A stretch of 35,909 bases of DNA from Planctomycetota bacterium (GTDB taxonomy: Bacteria > Planctomycetota > Planctomycetia > Gemmatales > Gemmataceae): positions 1-35,909 of the forward strand of contig JAKOSN010000207.1 of the NCBI GenBank assembly GCA_029777335.1. The letters are read 5' to 3'. The notes under the pieces are model-generated. The model saw only the letters and a program-made list of their open reading frames with translations. It did not search any database and was not told where the DNA came from. Position 1 is the stretch's first letter. Every line of letters begins with the position of its first letter. The translations under genes and the position numbers were made by a program. Below are positions 27,162-35,909 of the stretch, in pieces.

Positions 27162-28305
27162 GACGCAAAGCCTCCGTGGGCAACCAGTGCGCGGCGCGGT
27201 AGGCAGGGTAGGTGCCACCCACGAGGGCGACCACCAGAGCGGTCACAAATCCCTGCATCATGATCACCGGGGAAACATCCCCGCGGACAAACCCATTTAC
27301 CTCGGGAACAGTTGCCAGCCAGCGCGTCACCAGGACCGCCCCGAGGACGCCCACGACCCCCCCGGCGATGCTGAGTAACATCGATTCCCCCAGGATCATG
27401 CGGACGACCCGACCCTTGCGCCACCCCATGGCGCGCAGAATGCCGATCTCCTTGATCCGTTCGAGAACCGAGGTGATCATCGTATTTAACATGCTGATGG
27501 CGCCGATAAAGGCAGCGATCGCCGAGGTAATCCAGGCCATCCCATGGGCCAGTTGAATATAGAGGGTCCCGGACACGTACTGTTTCGATTCCTGAGCCAT
27601 GATCTTGTAGGGCCGGCCCTGCTCATCCTTGAGGGTCTCGATCTCCTTGCAGACCCGCTCGACCGTTCCCGCCCGATCCTCTGCTGGCTCCAGAACGACC
27701 GAGAATCCTGTGACGCGCCCCTTGCGATCCATCAGACGCTGCAGTTCGTCGAGCGCGATCACCACACCGCCATTTTCGTACACATTGAAGCTCCGAAAAA
27801 TCCCTACCACGCGAAACGGCTCCTGCTGCATCTCGATCGTATCGCCCACCTTCTTGTTGAGGGTGCTGGCCAGGGTGGTCCCGAGCAGGACCTCGTGCGG
27901 ATCCCCCTTCTGCAAGGAGCGGCCGTCCAGCAGAGTGAGATCGTCGAAGAGAGGGGTGTTGGGACGCCAACCATGGATTAGCGCACTGCTGACGCTGGTC
28001 CCGCGGGTAATATCAATCATCTCCAGCAACCCCGGCCAGGCGGTCTTCACGCCGGGAATGTGCTGCAACTGCTCGCAGATCTTCTCGTCCAGATCGCTGC
28101 GTAACTGATCGGCCTGTCCCGCAGCCACCACGACAATGTCGGTGCCGCGATGCTGGAAGCTCTCCACGAACGACGACTCGAAGCCGTAGGAGATACCGCG
28201 AAGCGTGACCATGGTGCCGACGGCGACCGCCACCCCCAGGATGGTCAGCAACGAGCGCGTCTTGCGCCGGGTCAGGTTTTTGATGAGAAAGGTAAGAAAA
28301 TACAC
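27154..28305 (-). CDS. ABC transporter permease, FtsX/MacB family (DevC/LolC-like): N-terminal TM, periplasmic domain, C-terminal FtsX 3-TM bundle
   Basis: Hydrophobic N-terminus MYFLTFLIKNLTRRKTRSLLTILGVAVAVGTMVTL. C-terminal FtsX-like region ...ISMLNTMITSVLERIKEIGILRAMGW.... GTG start with AGGAG SD 6 nt upstream. Starts 3 nt after the preceding hydrolase stop. Confidence 0.85.
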   Translation of the reverse strand: MYFLTFLIKNLTRRKTRSLLTILGVAVAVGTMVTLRGISYGFESSFVESFQHRGTDIVVVAAGQADQLRSDLDEKICEQLQHIPGVKTAWPGLLEMIDITRGTSVSSALIHGWRPNTPLFDDLTLLDGRSLQKGDPHEVLLGTTLASTLNKKVGDTIEMQQEPFRVVGIFRSFNVYENGGVVIALDELQRLMDRKGRVTGFSVVLEPAEDRAGTVERVCKEIETLKDEQGRPYKIMAQESKQYVSGTLYIQLAHGMAWITSAIAAFIGAISMLNTMITSVLERIKEIGILRAMGWRKGRVVRMILGESMLLSIAGGVVGVLGAVLVTRWLATVPEVNGFVRGDVSPVIMMQGFVTALVVALVGGTYPAYRAAHWLPTEALRHE

Positions 28306-28308
28306 GCT

Positions 28309-29184
28309 TCACTCCTGGGTGCTCAAAGCCGGGGTTGCTGCCAGGGTGGGCTCTTTCAGGGTCCCCAGATGCTTCTGAATCAAAGCGACAAAAGCCTCTG
28401 CGTTCTGCAGCGGGGCCAGGTGCTTGGCCCCTGGAACCACGTCCAGGGTGCAGTGGGGGAGATGCTCGGCCAACCAGTCGCGGGTGGCGGCAAAGGGCGT
28501 GTGTTCATCATACAGGGCCACGACCGGTTGGCGAATCGAGGCCAGGCGCTCAGCGGTCAAGCCGGCCACGGCAAAAACGTCGGCTCCACAGGTGGTGGTC
28601 GCCAAACGCGGCAGCTGGGACAACCAGCGGACCGAGGGGGCGCCCATTTCACGCCGAATCGCGCTCATTTGTTCCGCAGTTAACCCTGCCACCAACTGGA
28701 ACAGCGTGGTGAAATCGACCTGCTCTCCCAGTTCCACTCCCGCGACGGCAAAGGTTTGTTTCAGATCGAGCCAGACATTGGTTTCGCCGAGATTGGGCTC
28801 AATGGCGCCGAGTCCGGGGAAGTAGCTGTCCGAGAGAATCACGCCCGCGACGCGCTCTGGATAGAGCGACGCGGCATGCATCGCTACCACGCCGCCAAAA
28901 CTGTGACCGACCAGGTACGCGGGCCCCAACGCCAGGGCCTCGTGCAGCAGGCGAAAATCCCAGGCCATGTCGGCGGAGGTGTAACCACTGGGAGGGGCAT
29001 CGCTCAGGCCGTGGCCGCGCAGATCGTAGGCGGTCACCCGGTAGTCCCCCCCGAGAGTTTCCAGCAGATTAATAAACATCCACACCGCGAGGTTGCTGGT
29101 GACGGCATGGATCAAGACGACATCCGGCCCGTCTCCGGTTTGCTGATAAAAGAAGCTGTTGCCGTCGAGGTTCAGGTGTGGCAT
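28309..29184 (-). CDS. Alpha/beta hydrolase, candidate thioesterase/acyl-hydrolase of the PKS operon
   Basis: Nucleophile elbow VGHSFGG. DVVLIHAVTSN...YDLRGHG is a typical abhydrolase N-terminal region. Lies in the operon between the ACP and the ABC permease. Confidence 0.8.
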   Translation of the reverse strand: MPHLNLDGNSFFYQQTGDGPDVVLIHAVTSNLAVWMFINLLETLGGDYRVTAYDLRGHGLSDAPPSGYTSADMAWDFRLLHEALALGPAYLVGHSFGGVVAMHAASLYPERVAGVILSDSYFPGLGAIEPNLGETNVWLDLKQTFAVAGVELGEQVDFTTLFQLVAGLTAEQMSAIRREMGAPSVRWLSQLPRLATTTCGADVFAVAGLTAERLASIRQPVVALYDEHTPFAATRDWLAEHLPHCTLDVVPGAKHLAPLQNAEAFVALIQKHLGTLKEPTLAATPALSTQE

Positions 29185-29200
29185 GGGTGCTCTCGTGGTC

Positions 29201-29479
29201 TCAGCGCAGATGGGTCTGCAAAAACGCTGCCAGGTCGCCGACGGCGAGGTCCTGCACCCCGCGCTGGCTCATCTGGCTGACGAATTGATGAAAGGGCAAC
29301 TTCTGGCCGTACAGCGCTTCCAGTTTCTCGGCAAGGATGACAGCGTCGATCGAAACCATCCCCAGATCGCCAAAGAAAAGCGTCTCCGGGCCGATGGGAT
29401 CGGAATATTCGCGGCCATTGAAGTTCGCCAGCAACGTGGCGAGGTCGCGTTCAATCTGAAACCGGGTGCGCGTGCTCAT
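29201..29479 (-). CDS. Free-standing acyl carrier protein (92 aa)
   Basis: Start at ATG 29479 (MSTRTRFQIERD...) with AGGAGG 4 nt upstream. Phosphopantetheine-site-like motif FGDLGMVSIDAVILAEKLEALYG. ATG overlaps the TGA of the upstream PKS (ATGA). The track start at 29629 would add an implausible Pro/Arg-rich leader. Confidence 0.7.
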   Translation of the reverse strand: MSTRTRFQIERDLATLLANFNGREYSDPIGPETLFFGDLGMVSIDAVILAEKLEALYGQKLPFHQFVSQMSQRGVQDLAVGDLAAFLQTHLR

Positions 29480-32400
29480 GGGGCCTCCTGTTCGCAGAAG
29501 GTGATCGCCACCAGATAGCCGTTCTCGGCGAAGGTGTAGACACGCAGTGGGGCCCCGCCATGCTCCGGGAGGCGGGGCGCCAGGTTTGCGCTCGGGAGTA
29601 TGCGGACCAGGCCACTTTCCGGATCGCAACTCTCGCTGAATAACTCCGCGACGGCGGTTTGAAGCGCCGAGGCGACCGCTTCCAGTGCCAGGCGTGACCG
29701 GTCCTCGTCATGAGCGGGTCCTGTCAACCGTGTGGCGGCGATTCCCGGGCGCCCCGTCATGCAGGCCACCCCAAAGGACACCCCGTCCCGATGGGTGGTC
29801 GCAACCCGAGGGAAGGGCTCAGGCTCGCTCACCGCACGCCGTGCGCCGTGCCATTGCCCCGGACCGTCGGGGTAGCATTCGATGTCTGCCGGGAAGATGC
29901 GCTCGTTGTGGATCTGGGTCCACAGCAGCCGAGCGGCATCCTTGGCGGTGATCCGCTCGAAAAGCCAGCGGATTTGCTCCGCCTCGGTGCCCGAGAGACG
30001 CCGTTGTTCGCTCAGTTCGCGAGGAGTGAGGCTGACACACCCGGCCGCGCGCCGCATCCCCGCGCGTTGCAAATCGGCCGGCGGTTCCAGCCGCGCCACT
30101 GCCAGGGGGCCGGGGTGACTGCGCATCTGCTGGAGTTTGTCCTCGATCGCCGTCCAGCGCGTGCTGAGGAAGTATTGATCCTTGGGGCCGTGGAAGTTCA
30201 CACTGCCAAACGGGACGTAGAAGCGCCAGTATTTGAGGGAACTCATGCGCGCCCAGAGGCGCCCGTTGGGACCAATCACCTCGATGGTGTGCACATAATG
30301 CCGGGCCGACTCCTCGACGATGCGCCCTTGGACACGCAGTTGTGTGCCTTCGGGCAAGGGGCCGCCAAACATCTCCAGCCGGCCCATCTCAAAGGGGAGC
30401 AGAATGCGCCCCGCCTGGCTTTCCTGCTCCAGGTGCCAGCCACAGAGCGGATGCATGGCAATATCGAGCAGAACGGGATCGAAGAGAAAAGCGGGTTGAT
30501 CCGTCCAGCTAAAAAGCCCCCGGCGCGGAGGCACGACAATTTCGCCGATGGTGCCATCGCGCCCCACCACGCCAAGGGAGAGCACCCCGGTGAAGAGCCG
30601 CCCGTGGAAAAGGCTGTTATACAGCTGTTCCAGCGTGATGCGGCACGGATGCTGATCAGCGAGCGGGAACGGTGTGGGTTCCGGGGCAGGAGGCAAACGG
30701 TCGCCGAGCCGCACAAAGCCCAGGGCTGCCACTCCTGCCTTCTCGCTCAGATCGCGCACCTCCACCGTGAGCAAGGTGACTCCCGGTTCCTCGGGATTTG
30801 CCGGAGCGCTGCGCAGGGTAATCTCCACCTCGCCCACGATTTCTTCGTCGAAGGCCAACCAGCGGTGCAACTTGACCCGATCCAGACCAAGCACCACCTT
30901 CCCCGGGCAGAAGACCGTGGCTGCCTCGGCGATCATTTCGAGGGTGAAGGTCATCGGCATTACCGGCAGGCCGTGCTGGTGCGGATCGACCTTGCTCACC
31001 GTGCGGCCGCCCACCGTGTGCTCATCGGCAAAACGATCGCGGCTGAGATCCATGAGGCGACGCATCACCAGGCGTTCGCCCGGCACATGCTCGATCACCG
31101 TCCCCAGGAGAGGGAGGGGTTCTGGCGCTGGCTCAGCAGGGAGCGGTTCCGCGGGGAGCGAAGCCAGGGGTTCCTGGACGATCAGGTCCTCCGCCGGCGA
31201 CCTGGTCTGAGGACCTCGGGCAAGGTAGAGCTCCATCAACTCGCGTTGCAGATCGAGGAACTGCTCCATCACCTCGAAGTAGCTCGTCATCACCCCCGCT
31301 CGTGCCCCGGCTCCCCCCTGGAGGGTCGGCGGTAGCGACGGCACGATAGGGGAGGGCATCCACTCGATGCGGCGAGGATGCCGACGAACGTAGAGCGGAT
31401 CGAGACGAAGCGGCACCTGGTGCGCTGCCAGCTGACCCAGGACGTGCTGCAACTGGGTCAGTGGGGAACGACGTGGCACATTGAGCGGCAACGCGGCACA
31501 GGTGCGCCCACGCAGAATATCCTCGACAAACGACGAGAGATTGCCACGCGGGCCGGATTCGACAAAGAGACGCACCCCCTCCGCGTACAGATTCTCGATC
31601 AGCTGGGTGAATTCCACCGGTGCGGCCCAGTGCGACACGGTTAACTCGCGCATCGCCTCGGCATCGTGCGGAAAGAGCCTGGCGGTGGTGCAGGAGTAGA
31701 CCGGGATCCGCGGCGTGTGAAACTTCACCCCGGCGAACAACTCGCGCAGGGGAGCGAGCGACTCCGCAAAGAGAGGGGTGTGATAGGGGCGACGGAAGGG
31801 GAGCCGTTCGTGCATGATCCGTCGGGCTTGGAGATCCGCCTCGATCGCTGCCAGCGGGCCAGGTAACCCAACCACCACCGTCTGATGGGGGCAGTTGTCC
31901 ATGGCCAGGAAAACCGTCCCCGCGGGATGAGCGTTGAGCAGGGGAGCAAGATCTGCCTTGCCGGCTCCCACGGCCAGAAGGACAGCTTCGGTCCCCTGGC
32001 CTGCTGCCTCGGCGTGCTGCATCGCCTCCACGGCGCCGACCAGCCGGATAAAGGTTTCGTCGTCGATCTCCACGGCGTCGGCGGCCCACAGCGCCGCAAG
32101 TTCGCCCATGCTGTGCCCGGCGACCGCATCGGGAGAAAGACCGAATGCCCCAAGCAAGCGCCACAGAGCGTAATCGACCATGAGCACACTGCACATGGCA
32201 TTGCCCAGTTGGCGCAGCTCGTTCTCCGCCTGGGCGAATTCCTCTGCGGAAGCGTGGGGAGGCAACTGAAACACCCGACTGAGCGAGCCGCGCGGATGAT
32301 GGGCCCGCCGGGCGGCGTCATCACAACGAGCAAAGGCGTCGGCGACCTCGGGGAAGTGCGCACACAGGTCGCCCGCCATGTTGATATACTGTGCGCCTTC

Positions 32401-32811
32401 CCCCGGAAAGAGGAACGCGATCTTTCCCTGTGGATAAAGAGGCTCCTCAAAGTAGTAGATACCCAGGGAGTCGCGAAGCTGGGTACAGTCGGGCCTGTGC
32501 AGACGTTCTCGGCTGCGCGCCAGGCGTTTTTGGAGCTCCGCCACCGAGCCGGCGACGATCGCCAGGCGTTTCCCTGCCGTGGGGAGGTCGTGGTTGAGCG
32601 TCCACGCCAGGTCTTTCAGATCGACCGTTGGCTCACGCTGCAGAAAGGTTTCCAGCTGCTGCACCAGGGTGAGCAGAGCGGACCGATCTGGCGCGCAGAG
32701 AAGGAACAACTCGCTCTCCCAGGCCGGGCAGGCCGGCGCAGCAGAGACCACGACGTTACTGGGGAGAGTCGTGAAGCGCGGGTGAATCCCGTTGCTGGTT
32801 GTTGCAGGCAC
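29476..32811 (-). CDS. Type I PKS / PUFA-synthase-like protein: acyltransferase domain followed by dehydratase (hotdog) region. Probable start GTG 32811 after the AGAGGAGG SD. The ATG at 32847 overlapping the upstream stop is the alternative.
   Basis: AT motifs FLFPGEGAQY, GHSMGELAALWAA (GHSxG), NCPHQTVVVG, YHTPLF. DH-like segment RFADEHTVGGRTVSKVDPHQHGLPVMP...FHGRLF. Domain order resembles PfaB/PfaC-type secondary lipid synthases. Confidence 0.8.
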   Translation of the reverse strand: MPATTSNGIHPRFTTLPSNVVVSAAPACPAWESELFLLCAPDRSALLTLVQQLETFLQREPTVDLKDLAWTLNHDLPTAGKRLAIVAGSVAELQKRLARSRERLHRPDCTQLRDSLGIYYFEEPLYPQGKIAFLFPGEGAQYINMAGDLCAHFPEVADAFARCDDAARRAHHPRGSLSRVFQLPPHASAEEFAQAENELRQLGNAMCSVLMVDYALWRLLGAFGLSPDAVAGHSMGELAALWAADAVEIDDETFIRLVGAVEAMQHAEAAGQGTEAVLLAVGAGKADLAPLLNAHPAGTVFLAMDNCPHQTVVVGLPGPLAAIEADLQARRIMHERLPFRRPYHTPLFAESLAPLRELFAGVKFHTPRIPVYSCTTARLFPHDAEAMRELTVSHWAAPVEFTQLIENLYAEGVRLFVESGPRGNLSSFVEDILRGRTCAALPLNVPRRSPLTQLQHVLGQLAAHQVPLRLDPLYVRRHPRRIEWMPSPIVPSLPPTLQGGAGARAGVMTSYFEVMEQFLDLQRELMELYLARGPQTRSPAEDLIVQEPLASLPAEPLPAEPAPEPLPLLGTVIEHVPGERLVMRRLMDLSRDRFADEHTVGGRTVSKVDPHQHGLPVMPMTFTLEMIAEAATVFCPGKVVLGLDRVKLHRWLAFDEEIVGEVEITLRSAPANPEEPGVTLLTVEVRDLSEKAGVAALGFVRLGDRLPPAPEPTPFPLADQHPCRITLEQLYNSLFHGRLFTGVLSLGVVGRDGTIGEIVVPPRRGLFSWTDQPAFLFDPVLLDIAMHPLCGWHLEQESQAGRILLPFEMGRLEMFGGPLPEGTQLRVQGRIVEESARHYVHTIEVIGPNGRLWARMSSLKYWRFYVPFGSVNFHGPKDQYFLSTRWTAIEDKLQQMRSHPGPLAVARLEPPADLQRAGMRRAAGCVSLTPRELSEQRRLSGTEAEQIRWLFERITAKDAARLLWTQIHNERIFPADIECYPDGPGQWHGARRAVSEPEPFPRVATTHRDGVSFGVACMTGRPGIAATRLTGPAHDEDRSRLALEAVASALQTAVAELFSESCDPESGLVRILPSANLAPRLPEHGGAPLRVYTFAENGYLVAITFCEQEAP

Positions 32812-32843
32812 GGCTATTCCTCCTCTGCGTTGACAGGTACCCG

Positions 32844-35800
32844 TCACCGTCCGACCGCGAGCGCCTGGGGCGGCTGGGCGAGTTGCTCCGCTCCGCCGGC
32901 GATGATCACCTCGCTCTCGCCCTTGTGTCCGTACAGGAGTTCCTCAACCAGGAACACCGGTCCTTCCTCGGGGGTGATCAACTGCAGCCCGCGTTGCGTG
33001 AGATGTTTCTCCAGGTCGGCGACCATGCCAATGCGCGCCCACGGCCCCCAGGCGATCGAGACCACACGTCCCGGCCATTCGCGGTCGAGTTTCCAGGCGA
33101 GTTTGCTCAGCACTTCATTGGCCGCGGCATAATCGGACTGCCCCTTGTTGCCATAGCGGCTGGCGATCGAGGCGAAGAACACCAGGAATTTCAGGTGTTC
33201 TTTGGAGAGGTGCTCGCTGAGCCAGAAGGCGCTTTCACTCTTGGTGCCGAGGACCCGTTCAAACGATTCGGGCGTCTTGTCCTTCACCAGGCGATCCTCG
33301 ATGATGCCGGCTCCGTGAATCACCCCTTCGAGCCGACCGTGCCGTTTCTCGACCTCGCGGAGCAGGTGGGCAAATGCCTCGGTATCGCGCACATTGAGGG
33401 AGTGATACTCGACCCGTGCCCCGGTCGCGCGAATCCGCTCCAGGTTGCTGCGGATCTCCCGATCCTGGAGGAGGCGTTGATAGGCCGCCTCGACAGCGGA
33501 CGGTACGATGGGCCGGCCTTCCTGCTGCATCCGGGCCATGAGGATGCTCTTGATCGCTCCCGGCTGAGTGAGCGAGGCAGTTTCTGGATCTTCTGTTTCG
33601 ACCGGCAGCGGAGAGCGTCCCACCAGGATGAGCGTGGGCTTGAACCGTCGGGCGATCTCCAGCGCTACCACCGCCGTGACTCCTCGTGCTCCGCCGGTGA
33701 TCAGCACGGTGGAGTCGCGCGTGAGGAGCGGGGTGCCGTTGGACGTCGGAGTCAGCGGAGCCGCCACGGGCTCCCAGGTGACCCGGCGCGTGCCCAGATA
33801 GCCGATCTCCACAGGTCCCTGGCGATCCGCCATCTCGGCCAGCAATTGTTCCGCCAGCTGAGTCGGTGTGCGGGCTTCGAGATTGACATCGACCGCCCGC
33901 ACCAGCACCTCGGGCCATTCCTGCGCCAGGCACTTGGTGAAGCCCAGAATCCCGCCTTGCCCGGCAAAATACGATGCGGGGAGAGGATTCTCGCCAAAGC
34001 CGAAACTGCCTCCCAGTGCCGTCGCGGTCAGCAGGTAGGCATTCCCCTGCTGGGCGCTGGCACGCAGCTGGTCGCCAAGCCCCCGGGCCAGCAGATAGAG
34101 CGATTGCACCTCGCGCCGCAGCCGTTCGGTGGGCGTTTCCTCCGCTCGTGCCTGGGCCAGCGGCAGCAGATGGATCAGGCCAGCAATCGGTCCGACGTCC
34201 TTCTCCAGTTGAGCGAGAAGCGCGAGGACCGCTTGCGGAGATGCAAGATCGGTTTGATAGATATCTCCCTCGGTACTCCTGGGGCCATGGCGGAGGAGGA
34301 CCACTTTCTGGCCCAGGTCGGCCAGGCGATTGGCCATTTCCCGCGCGATGCCTCGTTGATCGTCGGTAAAGAGAATCGCCCCCGGCGCCAGCGAAAAGAG
34401 CGGTGAGGAAGGCATGAGCGCCTCGGCGAGGCGCACCAGCGCCCGTTGGACCTTCCCCTGGACGGGCGGAGTGGCTGTCACGGGGCGGGTTGGAGCCGGA
34501 GGAGTGGCTCGCTCTGCTTTCTTCTCCTCCTTGCAGACGATGCTGGTGAGATAATCGAGGATGCCCCGAATCGTCTTGATGCTCGTCAGCTTTTCCATCT
34601 CCAGCTGATTGGCAAGGTCGCTGTCGCTGTTGTCGGCACCCATCGCCTGGGCGAGTTCGCCAAGAATTTCGACGCGCTTGATCGAGTCGATCCCCAGGTC
34701 TGCTTCCAGGTCCAGATCGGCGCCGAGCATTTCCCGGGGATACCCCGTGCGGTTGCTCACCAGTTCATGAAGCCGCGTGCTCAGCCATTCGCGATCGATC
34801 GCCGGGGTGGCCGAGGGAGTCGCCGCTGGCGGGGGAGGCGGTGTTATCGGGGTGACCGATTCCACCGGCGCCGGCGACTGAGGAGCGACATGGGGCGTGT
34901 TGCCATTGATCGAGGTCGGTGCCGCCGGCGGTTCATTCATGCGTGCGACGATCGAAGCAGGAACGAAGCCGTTCTCGCTCGGCGCGGGCGGCGTTGATGG
35001 AGGGGCTGACACTGCAGGGACACTCGCTGTCCCCTGCAAAAAGCTGGTCATCACGCTCTTTTGTGTGTCCAGGAAACGAGCCATCAAATCCTGAAAACGA
35101 AGCATCACCTGGGCCGCCTCGTCGCTGGCCGGCGCGGCGGTGTGGGGATGAGGGAGCGTACCATTGCTCGCGGGGGTATGGGGGACCGGGTTCGCCATGG
35201 GTGTCGTGGGTCGTGGGGGTGTTGGGACAGTTCGTGAGCTGTGAGCCGCCGTCCCGTTGGAAGTACCGTTTTTCGCCGAAGGAGCAGTGCCGTTCACGAT
35301 TTTCTCGGGGGGCGCCTTGCCTGCCGGAGCTTTCTCTCCCGGCGCCGTGGTCGCAGGGGTCCGCGCGGGAGGCACTGCCTTCTCGCTGCGCGACTGGCCG
35401 AGCAGGAGCGGTTCGGGAGCGTTGTGCGGACGATTGCGCACACTGTTGATGATCCAGCTACTCGGGGTGAGGCGCGGTTGGCCGGTCTCCTGCGCCAGGT
35501 GGGCCAGGTTGAGGACAGGCAATCCTCGCCCTCGGAACACTCGATCCAGCTGAACAGGAACACCGTGGACGAGTAACTGTCCCAGCAGATGCACCAGCTG
35601 AACCAGTCCCGGGCGACCCTTGACATCGGAAGCCAGGGCCAGGTGGGGGCGGTCCTTGAGGATCTGCTGAACCAGGCCAGTGAGGACGGCCTGAGGCCCC
35701 ACCTCCAGAAAGATGCGTGCCCCGGCGTTGTACATCGCCTCGATCTCACTGGCGAAGTGCACGGGTGAGCCGAGATGATCCGCCATCGTTGCCGCGATGA

Positions 35801-35909
35801 TCGCCGGATCGTCGGGATGGGGAGCCGCCGTGGTATTGGAAAACACCGGCAAACGCGGGGCGTGGAACTTGGCAGCGGTGAGTGCCTCGGCCAGCGGAGC
35901 GCGAGCAGC
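32844..35909 (-). CDS. Type I PKS / PUFA-synthase (PfaA-like) protein, 5' partial. Frame stays open to the window edge. In-window domains: C-terminal part of an acyltransferase region, Pro/Ala/Thr-rich linker, ACP, ketoreductase.
   Basis: Seen in sequence:
- no stop between 35852 and 35909 in frame (...AARAPLAEALTAAKFHAPRLPVFSNTT...)
- ACP motif DLGIDSIKRVEILGEL
- KR NADP site VLITGGARGVTAVVALEIARR
- KR catalytic region GQSDYAAANEVL
- KR C-terminal region AWGPWARIGMV
- stop TGA at 32844-32846. Confidence 0.85.
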   Translation of the reverse strand, partial: AARAPLAEALTAAKFHAPRLPVFSNTTAAPHPDDPAIIAATMADHLGSPVHFASEIEAMYNAGARIFLEVGPQAVLTGLVQQILKDRPHLALASDVKGRPGLVQLVHLLGQLLVHGVPVQLDRVFRGRGLPVLNLAHLAQETGQPRLTPSSWIINSVRNRPHNAPEPLLLGQSRSEKAVPPARTPATTAPGEKAPAGKAPPEKIVNGTAPSAKNGTSNGTAAHSSRTVPTPPRPTTPMANPVPHTPASNGTLPHPHTAAPASDEAAQVMLRFQDLMARFLDTQKSVMTSFLQGTASVPAVSAPPSTPPAPSENGFVPASIVARMNEPPAAPTSINGNTPHVAPQSPAPVESVTPITPPPPPAATPSATPAIDREWLSTRLHELVSNRTGYPREMLGADLDLEADLGIDSIKRVEILGELAQAMGADNSDSDLANQLEMEKLTSIKTIRGILDYLTSIVCKEEKKAERATPPAPTRPVTATPPVQGKVQRALVRLAEALMPSSPLFSLAPGAILFTDDQRGIAREMANRLADLGQKVVLLRHGPRSTEGDIYQTDLASPQAVLALLAQLEKDVGPIAGLIHLLPLAQARAEETPTERLRREVQSLYLLARGLGDQLRASAQQGNAYLLTATALGGSFGFGENPLPASYFAGQGGILGFTKCLAQEWPEVLVRAVDVNLEARTPTQLAEQLLAEMADRQGPVEIGYLGTRRVTWEPVAAPLTPTSNGTPLLTRDSTVLITGGARGVTAVVALEIARRFKPTLILVGRSPLPVETEDPETASLTQPGAIKSILMARMQQEGRPIVPSAVEAAYQRLLQDREIRSNLERIRATGARVEYHSLNVRDTEAFAHLLREVEKRHGRLEGVIHGAGIIEDRLVKDKTPESFERVLGTKSESAFWLSEHLSKEHLKFLVFFASIASRYGNKGQSDYAAANEVLSKLAWKLDREWPGRVVSIAWGPWARIGMVADLEKHLTQRGLQLITPEEGPVFLVEELLYGHKGESEVIIAGGAEQLAQPPQALAVGR

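Noticed and set aside
29710-33132. Several long ORFs (29710-31335 +, 31133-32194 -, 31725-32450 -, 31885-33132 +) inside the PKS genes
   Set aside because: All overlap frames that carry unmistakable AT/DH/ACP/KR motifs, and their translations are Arg/Pro/Gly-rich nonsense.
1-35909. Search for tRNA, rRNA, CRISPR arrays, transposases, integrases and phage genes
   Set aside because: No T-loop GTTCGAATC-type motifs or cloverleaf-capable segments in intergenic regions. No regularly spaced short direct repeats. No recognisable transposase or integrase motifs in any frame.

Overview
The window is high-GC (about 62-65% by eye), densely coding bacterial DNA. Its gene content suggests a Planctomycetota-like genome, but that is an inference. 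Gene content that points that way:
- BatA-type VWA membrane protein with an N-terminal double transmembrane (TM) segment
- CRTAC1 / ASPIC-UnbV repeat protein
- extended ECF sigma factor
- large hybrid histidine kinase

I call 25 CDS with reasonable support, one more weakly supported small ORF, and several hairpins, terminators and inverted repeats. No rRNA, tRNA, CRISPR array or transposase/integrase was recognisable.

Supported CDS, in order:
- VWA membrane protein (5' partial)
- sugar-phosphate isomerase
- alpha/beta hydrolase (GVSFGG motif)
- major vault protein (MVP) homolog, full length
- secreted beta-propeller-like protein
- CRTAC1-like protein
- CheY-like response regulator, start-stop coupled to an RlmI-like rRNA methyltransferase
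- two tandem paralogous secreted Lys-rich proteins, followed by a strong terminator
- hybrid sensor kinase, 1205 aa (HAMP-PAS-HisKA-HATPase-REC-REC)
- DAO-family FAD oxidoreductase
- bis-MGD molybdopterin oxidoreductase
- ndk
- hypothetical protein, 143 aa
- candidate selenoprotein
- ECF sigma factor and a downstream hypothetical protein
- minus-strand operon: partial PKS (AT-linker-ACP-KR), PKS (AT-DH), free-standing ACP, alpha/beta hydrolase, FtsX/MacB-type ABC permease, ABC ATPase

Most notable observations:
- The MVP homolog at 4742-7249 aligns with eukaryotic MVP along the whole length, including the cap-helix coiled coil, and has no obvious partner genes.
- A signal-peptide ORF at 23878 runs in frame through a single TGA into the 121-aa ORF 23318-23683. 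The motif Cys-Leu-Val-TGA reads as a CxxU redox motif, so this is a candidate secreted selenoprotein.
- The PKS, ACP, hydrolase and ABC exporter operon resembles a PUFA-synthase-like secondary-lipid cluster with a DevCA-like exporter.
- The tandem duplicated secreted Lys-rich proteins have no assignable function.
- A segment at 22590-23900 looks lower in GC and is bounded by strong hairpins.

Many long antisense ORFs in the six-frame track are rejected as high-GC artefacts.
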